This document shows positions 26,080-44,153 of a stretch of 64,000 bases of DNA, piece after piece (position 1 is the stretch's first letter; each line of letters starts with the position of its first letter). The notes beneath the pieces are model-generated. The model was given only the letters and a program-made list of their open reading frames with translations. It was not told where the DNA came from and searched no databases. Position numbers and translations under genes: made by a program. The stretch lies in NCBI RefSeq assembly GCF_041886205.1, contig NZ_CP169029.1; one strand, 5' to 3'. The DNA comes from Escherichia coli (lineage in GTDB: Bacteria; Pseudomonadota; Gammaproteobacteria; Enterobacterales; Enterobacteriaceae).

Positions 26080-27306
26080 ATGTCACCCTGTGAAAATGAC
26101 ACCCCTATAAACTGGAAACGAAACCTGATCGTCGCCTGGCTAGGCTGTTTTCTTACCGGTGCCGCCTTCAGTCTGGTAATGCCCTTCTTACCCCTCTACG
26201 TTGAGCAGCTTGGCGTTACCGGCCACTCCGCCCTGAATATGTGGTCCGGTATTGTCTTCAGCATTACATTTTTATTTTCGGCCATCGCCTCACCGTTTTG
26301 GGGTGGACTCGCCGACCGTAAAGGCCGAAAACTCATGCTATTACGCTCTGCTCTCGGCATGGGCATCGTGATGGTGTTGATGGGACTGGCACAAAATATC
26401 TGGCAGTTTTTGATCCTACGGGCGCTTCTTGGGTTACTTGGCGGATTTGTCCCCAACACTAATGCTCTTATCGCCACACAAGTACCGCGTAATAAAAGCG
26501 GCTGGGCGCTGGGTACGCTCTCCACAGGCGGCGTTAGTGGTGCGTTGCTCGGCCCAATGGCTGGCGGCCTGCTCGCCGATAGCTACGGCTTACGTCCGGT
26601 ATTCTTTATTACCGCCAGTGTGCTCATACTCTGCTTTTTCGTCACCCTGTTTTGCATCAGAGAAAAATTCCAGCCGGTCAGCAAAAAAGAGATGCTGCAC
26701 ATGCGGGAAGTGGTGACATCACTTAAAAACCCGAAACTGGTACTCAGCCTGTTTGTCACTACGTTAATCATCCAGGTGGCGACGGGCTCAATTGCCCCCA
26801 TTCTGACGCTGTATGTCCGCGAACTGGCGGGTAACGTCAGTAACGTCGCCTTTATCAGTGGCATGATCGCCTCGGTGCCAGGCGTGGCGGCTCTGCTAAG
26901 TGCACCACGACTCGGCAAACTTGGCGATCGAATCGGACCCGAAAAGATCCTGATTACAGCGCTGATCTTTTCTGTACTGCTGTTGATCCCAATGTCTTAC
27001 GTTCAGACGCCATTGCAACTTGGGATTTTACGTTTTTTGCTCGGTGCCGCCGATGGTGCACTACTCCCCGCCGTACAGACACTGTTGGTTTACAACTCGA
27101 GCAACCAGATCGCCGGGCGTATCTTCAGCTATAACCAATCGTTTCGTGATATTGGCAACGTTACCGGACCATTGATGGGAGCAGCGATTTCAGCGAACTA
27201 CGGTTTCAGAGCGGTATTTCTCGTCACCGCTGGCGTAGTGTTATTCAACGCAGTCTATTCATGGAACAGTCTACGTCGTCGTCGAATACCCCAGGTATCG
27301 AACTGA
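26080..27306 (+). CDS. mdtG: MFS multidrug efflux transporter
   Basis: 408-aa polytopic membrane ORF; conserved order. Confidence 0.9.
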   Translation: MSPCENDTPINWKRNLIVAWLGCFLTGAAFSLVMPFLPLYVEQLGVTGHSALNMWSGIVFSITFLFSAIASPFWGGLADRKGRKLMLLRSALGMGIVMVLMGLAQNIWQFLILRALLGLLGGFVPNTNALIATQVPRNKSGWALGTLSTGGVSGALLGPMAGGLLADSYGLRPVFFITASVLILCFFVTLFCIREKFQPVSKKEMLHMREVVTSLKNPKLVLSLFVTTLIIQVATGSIAPILTLYVRELAGNVSNVAFISGMIASVPGVAALLSAPRLGKLGDRIGPEKILITALIFSVLLLIPMSYVQTPLQLGILRFLLGAADGALLPAVQTLLVYNSSNQIAGRIFSYNQSFRDIGNVTGPLMGAAISANYGFRAVFLVTAGVVLFNAVYSWNSLRRRRIPQVSN

Positions 27307-27388
27307 TTTTTCGCCTTTCATACTTGCAAAAGCGGAGAATCAGCTATCCTTTTCCCTGAAACCTCATCAACTCAAAGGGAGAATCGTG

Positions 27389-27763
27389 ATGACCATGTAC
27401 GCAACGCTTGAAGAAGCCATTGACGCTGCACGCGAAGAATTTCTTGCAGACAACCCCGGCATCGACGCCGAAGATGCGAATGTGCAACAGTTCAATGCCC
27501 AAAAATACGTTTTGCAGGACGGCGACATCATGTGGCAAGTTGAGTTTTTTGCCGACGAAGGGGAAGAAGGTGAATGTTTACCTATGCTTAGCGGTGAAGC
27601 CGCGCAAAGTGTTTTTGATGGCGACTATGATGAGATAGAGATACGCCAGGAGTGGCAGGAAGAGAATACATTACATGAATGGGACGAGGGGGAATTTCAG
27701 CTTGAGCCACCGCTGGATACCGAGGAAGGACGCGCAGCAGCTGATGAGTGGGATGAACGTTAA
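27389..27763 (+). CDS. msyB: Acidic protein MsyB
   Basis: 124-aa highly acidic ORF (MTMYATLEEAIDAAREEF...). Confidence 0.85.
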   Translation: MTMYATLEEAIDAAREEFLADNPGIDAEDANVQQFNAQKYVLQDGDIMWQVEFFADEGEEGECLPMLSGEAAQSVFDGDYDEIEIRQEWQEENTLHEWDEGEFQLEPPLDTEEGRAAADEWDER

Positions 27764-27991
27764 TCACTCATACGGGCCATGATGAATGTCGATCGGCAGC
27801 AGTAAAGTATCAAAAACCAGGGAGAATGGCAGATCAAGGATTGTGACATAACGCCAGGCGGAGTCACGCACATCCCATTGCACACCGGGATAATATTGGT
27901 TGCCATGCCCCTGCCCCGGTATAGTGCGACTAATAATGCTGCCACAGCCACTCAGCAAGGTCACCATGATGCTCACCACAATTAAACGCAT
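27764..27991 (-). CDS. yceK: Outer membrane lipoprotein YceK
   Basis: 75-aa ORF with lipobox LLSGC. Confidence 0.8.
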   Translation of the reverse strand: MRLIVVSIMVTLLSGCGSIISRTIPGQGHGNQYYPGVQWDVRDSAWRYVTILDLPFSLVFDTLLLPIDIHHGPYE

Positions 27992-28055
27992 TTGATACCT
28001 CTTCCGTAAAAAAATACCGGCATAACGCCGGTATTTTTATTGGCTCGTTGTTTTT

Positions 28056-28153
28056 GCCGGATGCGGCGTGAACGCCTTACCCAACCTACAAAATCTTGCA
28101 AAATCAATAAATTGCAGGAACGATGTAGGCCTGATAAGCGTAGCGCATCAGGC
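28056..28153. repeat. REP / BIME cluster (two inverted REP units)
   Basis: GCCGGATGCGGCGTGAACGCCTTACCCAACCTAC ... GTAGGCCTGATAAGCGTAGCGCATCAGGC in yceK-opgH intergenic. Confidence 0.75.
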
Positions 28154-28163
28154 AACTACGTTT

Positions 28164-32346
<4,183 letters not shown>

Positions 32347-32628
32347 TCAGCACGCTGGCTCATGGATTAAGCACCTGATTGCAACCGTTTTCACTTTCCG
32401 TGCTTCTCCTAAAGACAGAAGCATCGACTTCGTGTAGGGTTTGCCAGCAAATTTATTTATCAACCGTCTTACAGACGCTTCCATTCTGGTTAGTGGTAGC
32501 GATAATGCTATGCATAAAAACCGTAAAGTCTGCGCCTGGCGCGGTCAGGTCGGTGTCGCTATGGCAACAAGCCTAAAGGCATAACCCGACAGGGATAAGA
32601 CGAAAAATCCGAGATTAGTTAACCATAT

Positions 32629-33786
32629 ATGAACCCAGTACCCGCGCAACGTGAATATTTCCTCGACTCCATCCGCGCCTGGCTGATGTTGTTAGGGATC
32701 CCTTTTCATATTTCTTTAATCTATTCGAGCCATACATGGCATGTGAATAGCGCCGAACCGTCATTGTGGCTGACCCTTTTTAATGACTTCATCCACTCGT
32801 TCCGCATGCAGGTATTTTTCGTTATATCCGGCTACTTTTCCTACATGCTTTTTTTACGCTATCCCTTGAAAAAATGGTGGAAAGTACGTGTCGAACGTGT
32901 AGGTATCCCGATGTTAACAGCCATCCCCCTACTGACATTGCCGCAATTTATTATGCTGCAATACGTCAAAGGGAAAGCGGAAAGTTGGCCTGGGCTGTCA
33001 TTGTATGACAAATATAATACGTTGGCCTGGGAATTAATATCACACCTGTGGTTTTTACTGGTGTTAGTGGTCATGACGACGCTGTGCGTATGGATATTTA
33101 AATGCATCAGAAATAATTTAGAAAATTCTGATAAAACGAATAAAAAATTCTCGATGGTAAAACTATCGGTGATTTTTTTGTGCCTCGGCATCGGTTATGC
33201 GGTAATAAGAAGAACGATTTTTATTGTGTATCCGCCCATTCTGAGTAATGGCATGTTCAATTTTATTGTCATGCAAACGCTATTTTATTTGCCGTTCTTT
33301 ATCCTCGGCGCACTGGCTTTCATTTTCCCTCATCTTAAAGCCTTGTTTACCACGCCGTCTCGTGGCTGTACCCTCGCTGCAGCATTGGCGTTTGTCACTT
33401 ATTTACTCAACCAGCGCTATGGCAGTGGCGATGCCTGGATGTACGAAACCGAGTCGGTGATCACCATGGTCCTCGGTCTGTGGATGGTGAATGTGGTCTT
33501 CTCCTTTGGCCACCGTTTGCTTAACTTCCAGTCAGCGCGGGTGACTTACTTTGTTAACGCATCGCTGTTTATCTATCTGGTTCACCACCCGTTAACGCTG
33601 TTTTTCGGCGCGTACATTACACCGCACATCACCTCCAACTGGCTTGGTTTTCTCTGTGGCCTGATATTCGTAGTAGGGATTGCGATAATTCTGTATGAAA
33701 TTCATTTACGCATCCCGTTACTGAAGTTTTTGTTCTCTGGGAAACCGGTTGTTAAGCGTGAGAACGATAAAGCACCAGCCCGTTAA
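32629..33786 (+). CDS. opgC: Periplasmic glucan succinyltransferase (membrane acyltransferase)
   Basis: 385-aa polytopic membrane ORF, divergent from opgGH. Confidence 0.85.
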   Translation: MNPVPAQREYFLDSIRAWLMLLGIPFHISLIYSSHTWHVNSAEPSLWLTLFNDFIHSFRMQVFFVISGYFSYMLFLRYPLKKWWKVRVERVGIPMLTAIPLLTLPQFIMLQYVKGKAESWPGLSLYDKYNTLAWELISHLWFLLVLVVMTTLCVWIFKCIRNNLENSDKTNKKFSMVKLSVIFLCLGIGYAVIRRTIFIVYPPILSNGMFNFIVMQTLFYLPFFILGALAFIFPHLKALFTTPSRGCTLAAALAFVTYLLNQRYGSGDAWMYETESVITMVLGLWMVNVVFSFGHRLLNFQSARVTYFVNASLFIYLVHHPLTLFFGAYITPHITSNWLGFLCGLIFVVGIAIILYEIHLRIPLLKFLFSGKPVVKRENDKAPAR

Positions 33787-33793
33787 GCCACGC

Positions 33794-35224
33794 TTACAAT
33801 AACCATTCCACGGGCAATATCGACGCCAGTCTGACCATAACCCGCTTCCAGAAACTGGTGGCGGGTTCTTTTTTGAGAATAATCTCTTTCTTTGCATGAC
33901 GATCAACCCAGTTGATCCGTCCCCACCTGTCCAGACGGAGCTGCCAGGCCGCATCATACTGGCTCTGAATAAAGCGTTTATCAATTAACTGTGCCAGCGT
34001 TTCGCTCTCTATCACGAAGCCCATTTCAGTATTGAGCAATGTTGAACGCGGATCGAAATTGAAAGAGCCGATAAACACCGTTTTACCATCGATGCTAAAG
34101 GTTTTAGCATGCAGGCTGGCACCGGAATTACCGGTTATGCCGCGATCGTGTAACGTACTACTTTGTTCACGCGTCGGCTTGAGTTCATATAATTCCACGC
34201 CATAGCGGAGCAATTTTTTGCGCCAGCGCGCGTATCCGGCATGGACGACAGCAACATCGTTAGCGGCAAGAGAATTGGTTAGGATCGCAATCTTTACCCC
34301 TTTTCTCACCATCCGTAAGAGTTGTGCCACACCTGCTCGTGTCGGTACAAAATAGGAAGAGATAATATCGATGCGTTCACTGGGTGAGCCCATGATATCG
34401 AACAGGCGCTGCGGTAACAGTGAATGCCGTTTTGCCTTGCCCTCCCCTTTCGCCGGATCATCACTTAATAAACGTGTTTTCGCCCAGATAAGCGGCAACG
34501 TTCCATCAACCAGATGATTTATAAACGGACTGGATTCCATTTTGCGTAAGTAACGATGCGTCATGGCATCGTTATGCCAGGAGGCGGGTAACTCGATGCG
34601 ATCCGCCATTTCACCTTCCGGGACATCCAGCACCTGCTGTAAGGGTGAAACCGATTTGCAATACCAGTAGCGGGCGAAATCATCGGCAACGTCCTCTACC
34701 ACGGGTCCTATTGCCATGACATCTAAATCCGAAAAAAGTGGCTCCTCCCCTGCTCCAAAATAGGCATCACCAATATTTCGTCCTCCCACCAGGGTCACCA
34801 CGCCATCGACAGTGAAACTTTTATTGTGCATACGGCGATTAAGACGGGAAAAGTCGGTGATATAACCAAGCGGACGCAGCAAGCGAAACGAGAAAGGATT
34901 AAAAAGCCGGACTTCAATGCGTGGATGACTGTCAAGCAAGCGTAAAATGTCGTCAAGTCCGGGCGTATTGTTGTCGTCCAGCAACAAACGGACGCGAACG
35001 CCACGCTTTGCTGCGGCTAACAGGGCGGAAAACAGTAACCGACCCGACATATCGTCCTGCCAGATGTAATACTGAACATCGAGCGTATGCTCTGCCATTT
35101 CGGCCAGACGATACCGGGCGGCAAACGCATCCAGACTTTTCTCCAGAGGAAAAAGGCCACACTGACCGGGATGTTGCGAACACAGTGGCAGCACCGCGCT
35201 CGCCAGCCGGGGCAAATCATTCAT
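33794..35224 (-). CDS. clsC: Cardiolipin synthase C (phospholipase D family)
   Basis: Two HxK-type PLD motifs ([10 protein letters not shown]; [10 protein letters not shown]); start chosen at MNDLPRLA so that it overlaps ymdB stop by 8 nt; a start at 35284 is also possible. Confidence 0.8.
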   Translation of the reverse strand: MNDLPRLASAVLPLCSQHPGQCGLFPLEKSLDAFAARYRLAEMAEHTLDVQYYIWQDDMSGRLLFSALLAAAKRGVRVRLLLDDNNTPGLDDILRLLDSHPRIEVRLFNPFSFRLLRPLGYITDFSRLNRRMHNKSFTVDGVVTLVGGRNIGDAYFGAGEEPLFSDLDVMAIGPVVEDVADDFARYWYCKSVSPLQQVLDVPEGEMADRIELPASWHNDAMTHRYLRKMESSPFINHLVDGTLPLIWAKTRLLSDDPAKGEGKAKRHSLLPQRLFDIMGSPSERIDIISSYFVPTRAGVAQLLRMVRKGVKIAILTNSLAANDVAVVHAGYARWRKKLLRYGVELYELKPTREQSSTLHDRGITGNSGASLHAKTFSIDGKTVFIGSFNFDPRSTLLNTEMGFVIESETLAQLIDKRFIQSQYDAAWQLRLDRWGRINWVDRHAKKEIILKKEPATSFWKRVMVRLASILPVEWLL

Positions 35225-35750
35225 CTCCTTGTTGGGTAAGGAGTCTTTCGTAGAGGTGGGCGTTTTCTTCATCATAACAGACAAAGTATACCTGTTCGGG
35301 TAAAGCGTGACGGGTAATAAATTCTGAAACGGTTTTTACTGCGATTTCAGCCGCTGCCGCACGAGGGTAACCATAAACCCCAGTACTGATTGCAGGAAAA
35401 GCCACTGACGTATAGCTGTTTGCCGCCACCAGTCGCAGGCTATTGAGATAGGCATCCTGCAAAAGCTGGTCTTCGTTTTGTTCACCACCACGCCAGACTG
35501 GCCCGACGGTGTGCACTACGGCTTTAGCGGGAAGATCGCCTGCAAGCGTAATAACGGCATGCCCCGTAGGGCAATCGCCCTGCTGTTGCCTGACTTTTAA
35601 ACAGGCATCCAGCAGGGCCGGACCCGCTGCGCGATGAATGGCCCCATCGACGCCGCCGCCTCCCATTAATGACGGATTAGCCGCATTCACAATCACATCA
35701 ACGGCCAGTTTGGTAATATCACCCTGCACAACATGAATACGCGTTTTCAT
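35217..35750 (-). CDS. ymdB: O-acetyl-ADP-ribose deacetylase (macrodomain)
   Basis: 177-aa ORF; macrodomain signature ([24 protein letters not shown]). Confidence 0.9.
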
Positions 35751-35844
35751 AACGCCTCCTTACACCTTCTTGTTTCTTAAGTGTACAGCAGGCTTTTTGG
35801 TTAAATCGCATTTTTCTGCTCAGCAACGTGAGTTGTTCAGAAAC

Positions 35845-36608
<764 letters not shown>

Positions 36609-36666
36609 ATTCTTCTCCCGAAAAAAAACAGGGCTTGCGCCCTGTTTCTGTAATACAAATGATGTA

Positions 36667-37122
36667 TTAGTACTGATGAGCGGTCGCGTTGTTACCAAAG
36701 CCAACCTGAGTCACGTTGACGGAGGAGTTAGATGCAGTCTGGTCAACTGCAGCACCGTTGCCACCACCGAACTGTTTAACAGTCATTTCAGAATTTTTGC
36801 CGTTCCACTGATCAAGAGTAGCGCTGTTACCGAAGCCACGTTGGGTCAGATCGATTGAGCTGTCATCCGAGCCCTGACCAACATCTGCACCATTACCGCC
36901 GCCATGCTGGGTAATAGTCAAGTCAGAGTTACGGGCATCAGTTTGCAGAGCAAGTGCAGAGTTACCGCCACCGTACTGGTAAATGTTCAGCTCTGAATTT
37001 GGGCCGCTATTATTACCGCCACCACCGTGGTTACCGCCGCCGCCGTACTGAGGAACAACACCTGCCAGAGCGCTACCGGAGAATACGATTGCTGCAATTG
37101 CTGCTACTTTTAAAAGTTTCAT
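36667..37122 (-). CDS. csgA: Major curlin subunit
   Basis: 151-aa ORF with signal peptide and repeated S-x5-Q-x-G-x-G-N-x-A units. Confidence 0.95.
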   Translation of the reverse strand: MKLLKVAAIAAIVFSGSALAGVVPQYGGGGNHGGGGNNSGPNSELNIYQYGGGNSALALQTDARNSDLTITQHGGGNGADVGQGSDDSSIDLTQRGFGNSATLDQWNGKNSEMTVKQFGGGNGAAVDQTASNSSVNVTQVGFGNNATAHQY

Positions 37123-37162
37123 GTAAAACCCCCATCGGATTGATTTAAAAGTCGAATGGAAA

Positions 37163-37618
37163 TTAACGTTGTGTCACGCGAATAGCCATTTGCGACTGTC
37201 TCTGCACTACAATTGCCGTTTTTTGAGTACCATACTGTGTAATATTTGCTTTATTACCAGAACCTTTCTGGATAATCATCGCAGTATTACCATAAGCACC
37301 TTGCGAAATACTGGCATCGTTTGCACTGCCCGCCTGATCAATATATGCAAGGTTATAATCTCCTGTCTGGTCAATCTTTGCCCGATTGCTACTACCTTCT
37401 TGCGCAACAACCGCCAAAAGTTTTGAGCCTCCCTGCCGTAACTGAGCACTATTATTCGTCCCAGCTTGACCAATTATGGCTGCCTGATTAAATGAAGACT
37501 TACTCAATTCATTTACCGCGAAGTTATATTCTGAATTAGCTAAATCATAACCTGCTGCGGCTGCAATCCCAGGCGCACCCAGTATTGTTAACATCATAAA
37601 TAACAATTTGTTTTTCAT
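37163..37618 (-). CDS. csgB: Minor curlin nucleator subunit
   Basis: Track ORF trimmed to MKNKLLFMMLTILG (151 aa); start codon checked. Confidence 0.9.
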   Translation of the reverse strand: MKNKLLFMMLTILGAPGIAAAAGYDLANSEYNFAVNELSKSSFNQAAIIGQAGTNNSAQLRQGGSKLLAVVAQEGSSNRAKIDQTGDYNLAYIDQAGSANDASISQGAYGNTAMIIQKGSGNKANITQYGTQKTAIVVQRQSQMAIRVTQR

Positions 37619-38371
37619 GTTGTCACCCTGGACCTGGTCGTACATTTAAGAAATTAAATCATTTCAACTTGGTTGTTAACGCAACCTGTATTTTGTTAAC
37701 GCTGCGTTACGATGGAAAGTATGTCTGCGGAAATATTTTTAATAACTCACCCGCGCGTTGTATTTTTCTTTTTTTGTTCATACCAAAGTATTAAAACCCA
37801 CGTAAATACGCTGTTATCTACGCAAAAAATATTTTGTTTTCTTTTAAATCTCCGTTTTCCGCTATCAAAAATCACCAGACAGTCATTTTTCTTGCCCGTC
37901 GCTGATTGCTGCGATATGTCTTGCGCACAAGCCGTGACAAACCTCGTCTTTTTGCAGTAAAAAATTGTCCACGGAGGTGCGGAGAAAAAACAAGAACGTT
38001 TTACGTGACGAAAGGACTACACCGAAATATTTTTTATATGTATTATTAGTAAGTTATCACCATTTGTATGATTTTTTAAAATTGTGCAATAAAAACCAAA
38101 TGTACAACTTTTCTATCATTTCTAAACTTAATAAAACCTTAAGATTAACATTTTAATATAACGAGTTACATTTAGTTACATGTTTAACACTTGATTTAAG
38201 ATTTGTAATGGCTAGATTGAAATCAGATGTAATCCATTAGTTTTATATTTTACCCATTTAGGGCTGATTTATTACTACACACAGCAGTGCAACATCTGTC
38301 AGTACTTCTGGTGCTTCTATTTTAGAGGCAGCTGTCAGGTGTGCGATCAATAAAAAAAGCGGGGTTTCATC
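37619..38371. promoter_or_regulatory. csgBAC / csgDEFG divergent intergenic regulatory region incl. csgD 5' UTR
   Basis: ~750-bp visibly AT-rich intergenic between divergent csgB and csgD; individual sites not resolved. Confidence 0.7.
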
Positions 38372-39022
<651 letters not shown>

Positions 39023-39026
39023 AGCC

Positions 39027-39416
39027 ATGAAACGTTATTTACGCTGGATTGTGGCGGCAGAATTTCTGTTCGCCGCAGGGAATCTTCACGCCGTTGAGGT
39101 AGAAGTCCCGGGATTGTTAACTGACCATACTGTTTCATCTATTGGCCATGATTTTTACCGAGCCTTTAGTGATAAATGGGAAAGTGACTATACGGGTAAC
39201 TTAACGATTAATGAAAGGCCCAGTGCACGATGGGGAAGCTGGATCACTATAACGGTCAATCAGGACGTTATTTTCCAGACTTTTTTATTTCCGTTGAAAA
39301 GAGACTTCGAGAAAACTGTCGTCTTTGCACTGATTCAAACTGAAGAAGCACTAAATCGTCGCCAGATAAATCAGGCGTTATTAAGTACGGGCGATTTGGC
39401 GCATGATGAATTCTAA
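39027..39416 (+). CDS. csgE: Curli secretion specificity factor
   Basis: 129-aa ORF with signal peptide. Confidence 0.9.
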
Positions 39417-39440
39417 ATAAAAAATTGTTCGGAGGCTGCA

Positions 39441-39857
39441 ATGCGTGTCAAACATGCAGTAGTTCTACTCATGCTTATTTCGCCATTAAGTTGGGCTGGA
39501 ACCATGACTTTCCAGTTCCGTAATCCAAACTTTGGTGGTAACCCAAATAATGGCGCTTTTTTATTAAATAGCGCCCAGGCACAAAACTCGTATAAAGATC
39601 CGAGCTATAACGATGACTATGGTATTGAAACACCCTCAGCGTTAGATAACTTTACTCAGGCCATCCAGTCACAAATTTTAGGTGGGCTACTGTCGAATAT
39701 TAATACCGGTAAACCGGGCCGCATGGTAACCAACGATTATATTGTCGATATAGCCAACCGCGATGGTCAATTACAGTTGAACGTGACAGATCGTAAAACC
39801 GGACAAACTTCGACAATCGAAGTGTCGGGTTTACAAAATAACTCAACCGATTTTTAA
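39441..39857 (+). CDS. csgF: Curli assembly component
   Basis: 138-aa ORF with signal peptide. Confidence 0.9.
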   Translation: MRVKHAVVLLMLISPLSWAGTMTFQFRNPNFGGNPNNGAFLLNSAQAQNSYKDPSYNDDYGIETPSALDNFTQAIQSQILGGLLSNINTGKPGRMVTNDYIVDIANRDGQLQLNVTDRKTGQTSTIEVSGLQNNSTDF

Positions 39858-39883
39858 GCCCCAGCTTCATAAGGAAAATAATC

Positions 39884-40717
39884 ATGCAGCGCTTATTTCT
39901 TTTGGTTGCCGTCATGTTACTGAGCGGATGCTTAACCGCCCCGCCTAAAGAAGCCGCCAGACCGACATTAATGCCTCGTGCTCAGAGCTACAAAGATTTG
40001 ACCCATCTGCCAGCGCCGACGGGTAAGATCTTTGTTTCGGTATACAACATTCAGGACGAAACCGGGCAATTTAAACCCTACCCGGCAAGTAACTTCTCCA
40101 CTGCTGTTCCGCAAAGCGCCACGGCAATGCTGGTCACGGCATTGAAAGATTCTCGCTGGTTTATACCGCTGGAGCGCCAGGGCTTACAAAACCTGCTTAA
40201 CGAGCGCAAGATTATTCGTGCGGCACAAGAAAACGGTACGGTTGCCATTAATAACCGAATCCCGCTGCAGTCTTTAACGGCGGCAAATATCATGGTCGAA
40301 GGTTCAATTATCGGTTATGAAAGCAACGTCAAATCGGGCGGGGTTGGGGCAAGATATTTTGGGATCGGTGCCGACACGCAATACCAGCTCGATCAGATTG
40401 CCGTGAACCTGCGCGTCGTCAATGTGAGTACCGGTGAGATCCTCTCCTCGGTGAACACCAGTAAGACGATACTTTCCTATGAAGTTCAGGCCGGGGTTTT
40501 CCGCTTTATTGACTACCAGCGCTTGCTGGAAGGGGAAGTGGGTTACACCTCGAACGAACCCGTTATGCTGTGCCTGATGTCGGCTATCGAAACAGGGGTC
40601 ATTTTCCTGATTAATGATGGTATTGACCGTGGTCTGTGGGATTTGCAGAACAAAGCAGAACGGCAGAACGACATTCTGGTGAAATACCGCCATATGTCGG
40701 TTCCACCAGAATCCTGA
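39884..40717 (+). CDS. csgG: Curli secretion channel lipoprotein
   Basis: 277-aa ORF with lipobox LLSGC. Confidence 0.92.
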   Translation: MQRLFLLVAVMLLSGCLTAPPKEAARPTLMPRAQSYKDLTHLPAPTGKIFVSVYNIQDETGQFKPYPASNFSTAVPQSATAMLVTALKDSRWFIPLERQGLQNLLNERKIIRAAQENGTVAINNRIPLQSLTAANIMVEGSIIGYESNVKSGGVGARYFGIGADTQYQLDQIAVNLRVVNVSTGEILSSVNTSKTILSYEVQAGVFRFIDYQRLLEGEVGYTSNEPVMLCLMSAIETGVIFLINDGIDRGLWDLQNKAERQNDILVKYRHMSVPPES

Positions 40718-40728
40718 CAGATAAAAAT

Positions 40729-40796
40729 GCCGGAATTAATAATCCGGCATTTTACTGTTTAAGCGAAAGCGTGAGTGCCCCTCACGCTTTATTTTT
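40729..40796 (+). terminator. Two hairpins after csgG; the second overlaps the ycdZ stop
   Basis: GCCGGAATT-AAT-AATCCGGC then AAAGCGTGAG-TGCCC-CTCACGCTTT followed by TATTTTTG. Confidence 0.5.
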
Positions 40797-41273
40797 GATT
40801 TCCTGCTCACGGTGAGCCGTCTTTGCACTACGCGCCGCCAACCACAGGCCGCTGTTTTTCATTGCGTAACCAAATACCAGCCCAAGCGCCAGCGAAGGTA
40901 ACACCAGTTTCCAGTCACCCTGCCCGGCAAACGTCGCGCATGCGCCTATAAACGTCCCCGGAACAAATGAAAGCAGCAGCTGTTTGGCCTGAATACACAT
41001 CAGAAACGCCACAATACCGGTTATGACATAACCGAGAATTTCCAGATGTGGTGCCAGTGCACTACCGTAAATAATGACCATCGCCCACACCACGCCACTA
41101 AGCAGGGTTGCAGCGGAGATCGCCAGCCCTTTCAGCCCACCTTGCGGGCAGGCAAAGTAGGCCGTACAGCCCAGGAAGCCCGCCCAGCTTAGTAAGCCCA
41201 GGGAAACAGCCACCCATCCCCAGATACCGGAGAGAATGCCTGTTGTGATTGCAATAGAGAGAAGTATGTTCAT
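40782..41273 (-). CDS. ycdZ: Inner membrane protein YcdZ
   Basis: Track ORF trimmed to MNILLSIAITTGIL (163 aa); start codon checked. Confidence 0.8.
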   Translation of the reverse strand: MNILLSIAITTGILSGIWGWVAVSLGLLSWAGFLGCTAYFACPQGGLKGLAISAATLLSGVVWAMVIIYGSALAPHLEILGYVITGIVAFLMCIQAKQLLLSFVPGTFIGACATFAGQGDWKLVLPSLALGLVFGYAMKNSGLWLAARSAKTAHREQEIKNKA

Positions 41274-41374
41274 GCCGCGCATGATAGCAGAAAACGCGGC
41301 CATGAATGAGATCGAGCACACATTTTATGCAACAACAAATTATCTGTTGCAGTTATGAGTGACGATGATCACAT

Positions 41375-41929
41375 TTACTCTTCAGAATCTTCTTCCAGCT
41401 CGTCCCACATTGCACTAATGGCATCACGGGTTAGCGGTGCCATGGTGCGCCAGAAAGGCGTGGTTGCATGGGCCTCCACTTTGCCGAGGAACGCACCACA
41501 CCAGGGTAACAGATACTCACTGAACAGTGTTTCCAGTGCTTCGCTCTCATCTTCCGTTGACTGATCTTCCAGCCAGGAAGCCGCAAGCAGCAATGTGCCG
41601 ATGTGATCGGCTGGCGTATCCGCCAGTGGCATCCCTCGTTCGGAAAGAAAAGCGCGCACTTCCGCTTCCGTTGCGTCCTCAACCCATGCGCTACGATATG
41701 GCGGCACGGCACATTCATCGCCGATAAACAACGCATTGTAATCGGCAGAGACTTGCGCCATATCACAGCTTTTCTGTAAACGCGTCAATAGCTCATCCTG
41801 CTCCAGTGGCCAGTTCGCAGCCAGTTTCCCCTCACGAATCAGGGTAAACAGCGGCACCAGTAAAGGATCTTGCGGTTGGCGGTAATAGAGCGAACCCAGC
41901 ACACGACAGAGGATAGAAAACTCGTTCAT
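41375..41929 (-). CDS. ycdY: Redox enzyme maturation chaperone (TorD family)
   Basis: 184-aa ORF; conserved order. Confidence 0.85.
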   Translation of the reverse strand: MNEFSILCRVLGSLYYRQPQDPLLVPLFTLIREGKLAANWPLEQDELLTRLQKSCDMAQVSADYNALFIGDECAVPPYRSAWVEDATEAEVRAFLSERGMPLADTPADHIGTLLLAASWLEDQSTEDESEALETLFSEYLLPWCGAFLGKVEAHATTPFWRTMAPLTRDAISAMWDELEEDSEE

Positions 41930-41952
41930 TAATATATTTCCATTACTAGTAA

Positions 41953-42690
41953 TTAAAGGTCTGCAAATTCCGCAATCGGTGCCATACCGCGAGATTCAAG
42001 GAAGTTCAGTAAGCGGCGCGGAGAAACATTCAAAATGCGCTCTGGCGGAAAATCTACCGCGTCGAGGATTTTAAGACACTCTTCAAATTCCCCCATGGTA
42101 AACGCGGTGTGAGAATCCGAGCCTAATGCCACCCAACCTCCAGCATCACGTACCGCTGCGGCTACCGCATGACAGTTGTCTTCACTGCCCTTACGTGAGT
42201 GTAAAAATGAAGAATTATTGATTTCCAGCGCCACCTGATGTTTCGCGGCTGCTTCAGCAACGGCTTTCACATCTATTTCATATTTGGGATTTCCGGGATG
42301 GCTTATTATATGCACATTGCCGCTGGCGATAGTGGCGATCATCGCTTGTGTATTGGTCGCTTTGTCATGTGGTGCAAAAACCGGCTCATGAAAACCGGCA
42401 ATAATCAGATCCAGCGAGTCAAACATTTTACCGCTGCAATCAATTTCACCATCAACATTTTTAATGTTAGCTTCGATGCCGCGCAGGATCCCTACCCCAT
42501 CAACCACTCGCGGCCAGATACGCATGTTAATGAAGTGCCAGTGATGCGGAGCATCTTCCATATCCGGGCCATGATCGGTGATCGCAAAAAGTTTAATGCC
42601 CTTTTGTTTGGCCTGGGCAATGTAATCACTCAATGTGCTATATGCATGTGTGCTGGCAACGGTATGCATATGAAGGTCGACGGGATACAT
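41953..42690 (-). CDS. ycdX: PHP-family zinc phosphatase
   Basis: 245-aa ORF starting [18 protein letters not shown] (PHP motif). Confidence 0.88.
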   Translation of the reverse strand: MYPVDLHMHTVASTHAYSTLSDYIAQAKQKGIKLFAITDHGPDMEDAPHHWHFINMRIWPRVVDGVGILRGIEANIKNVDGEIDCSGKMFDSLDLIIAGFHEPVFAPHDKATNTQAMIATIASGNVHIISHPGNPKYEIDVKAVAEAAAKHQVALEINNSSFLHSRKGSEDNCHAVAAAVRDAGGWVALGSDSHTAFTMGEFEECLKILDAVDFPPERILNVSPRRLLNFLESRGMAPIAEFADL

Positions 42691-42744
42691 AACTCTCTCC
42701 TGTATTCAATTCCCGCCAAGGATAGCAGGAATCCTGATGCTTTA

Positions 42745-43722
<978 letters not shown>

Positions 43723-43916
43723 TTATCGTTATGATCTACAAAGGCCACCAGCATAACAAATCCGTGGTCGGTGGCAAAAAAAGCAGATTTCGCTTATTAA
43801 AACCACACATTGATTGAAGTTTGAATAAACGCGCGATTTTTTCAAAAAGTTTGTTGACCTCAGGTCGTGATTTCCCTAAATTAGCGCCCGTTCCAGCAAG
43901 ACAGGAACGACAATTT

Positions 43917-44004
43917 GGTGAGGTGTCCGAGTGGCTGAAGGAGCACGCCTGGAAAGTGTGTATACGGCAACGTATCGGGGGTTCGAATCCCCCCCTCACC
44001 GCCA
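43917..44004 (+). tRNA. serX: tRNA-Ser (GGA anticodon)
   Basis: 88-nt GGTGAGGTGTCCGAGTGGCTGAAGG...GGTTCGAATCCCCCCCTCACCGCCA with class II long variable arm and T-loop GGTTCGAATCC. Confidence 0.95.
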
Positions 44005-44014
44005 GATTACAAGC

Positions 44015-44046
44015 GCATGTTATTGTTTAACATGCACTTTTTTATT
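44015..44046 (+). terminator. Intrinsic terminator after serX
   Basis: GCATGTTA-TTGTT-TAACATGC hairpin followed by TTTTTTATTT. Confidence 0.6.
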
Positions 44047-44153
44047 TATCCTTCCAGGCAGTATGCCACCGGGTATGCCATTTGAAATCGGTTTATATGC
44101 CCCACGATCATATCTTATCGGACAATTTCCGATCTTTGAGCATACTGGCAAAG

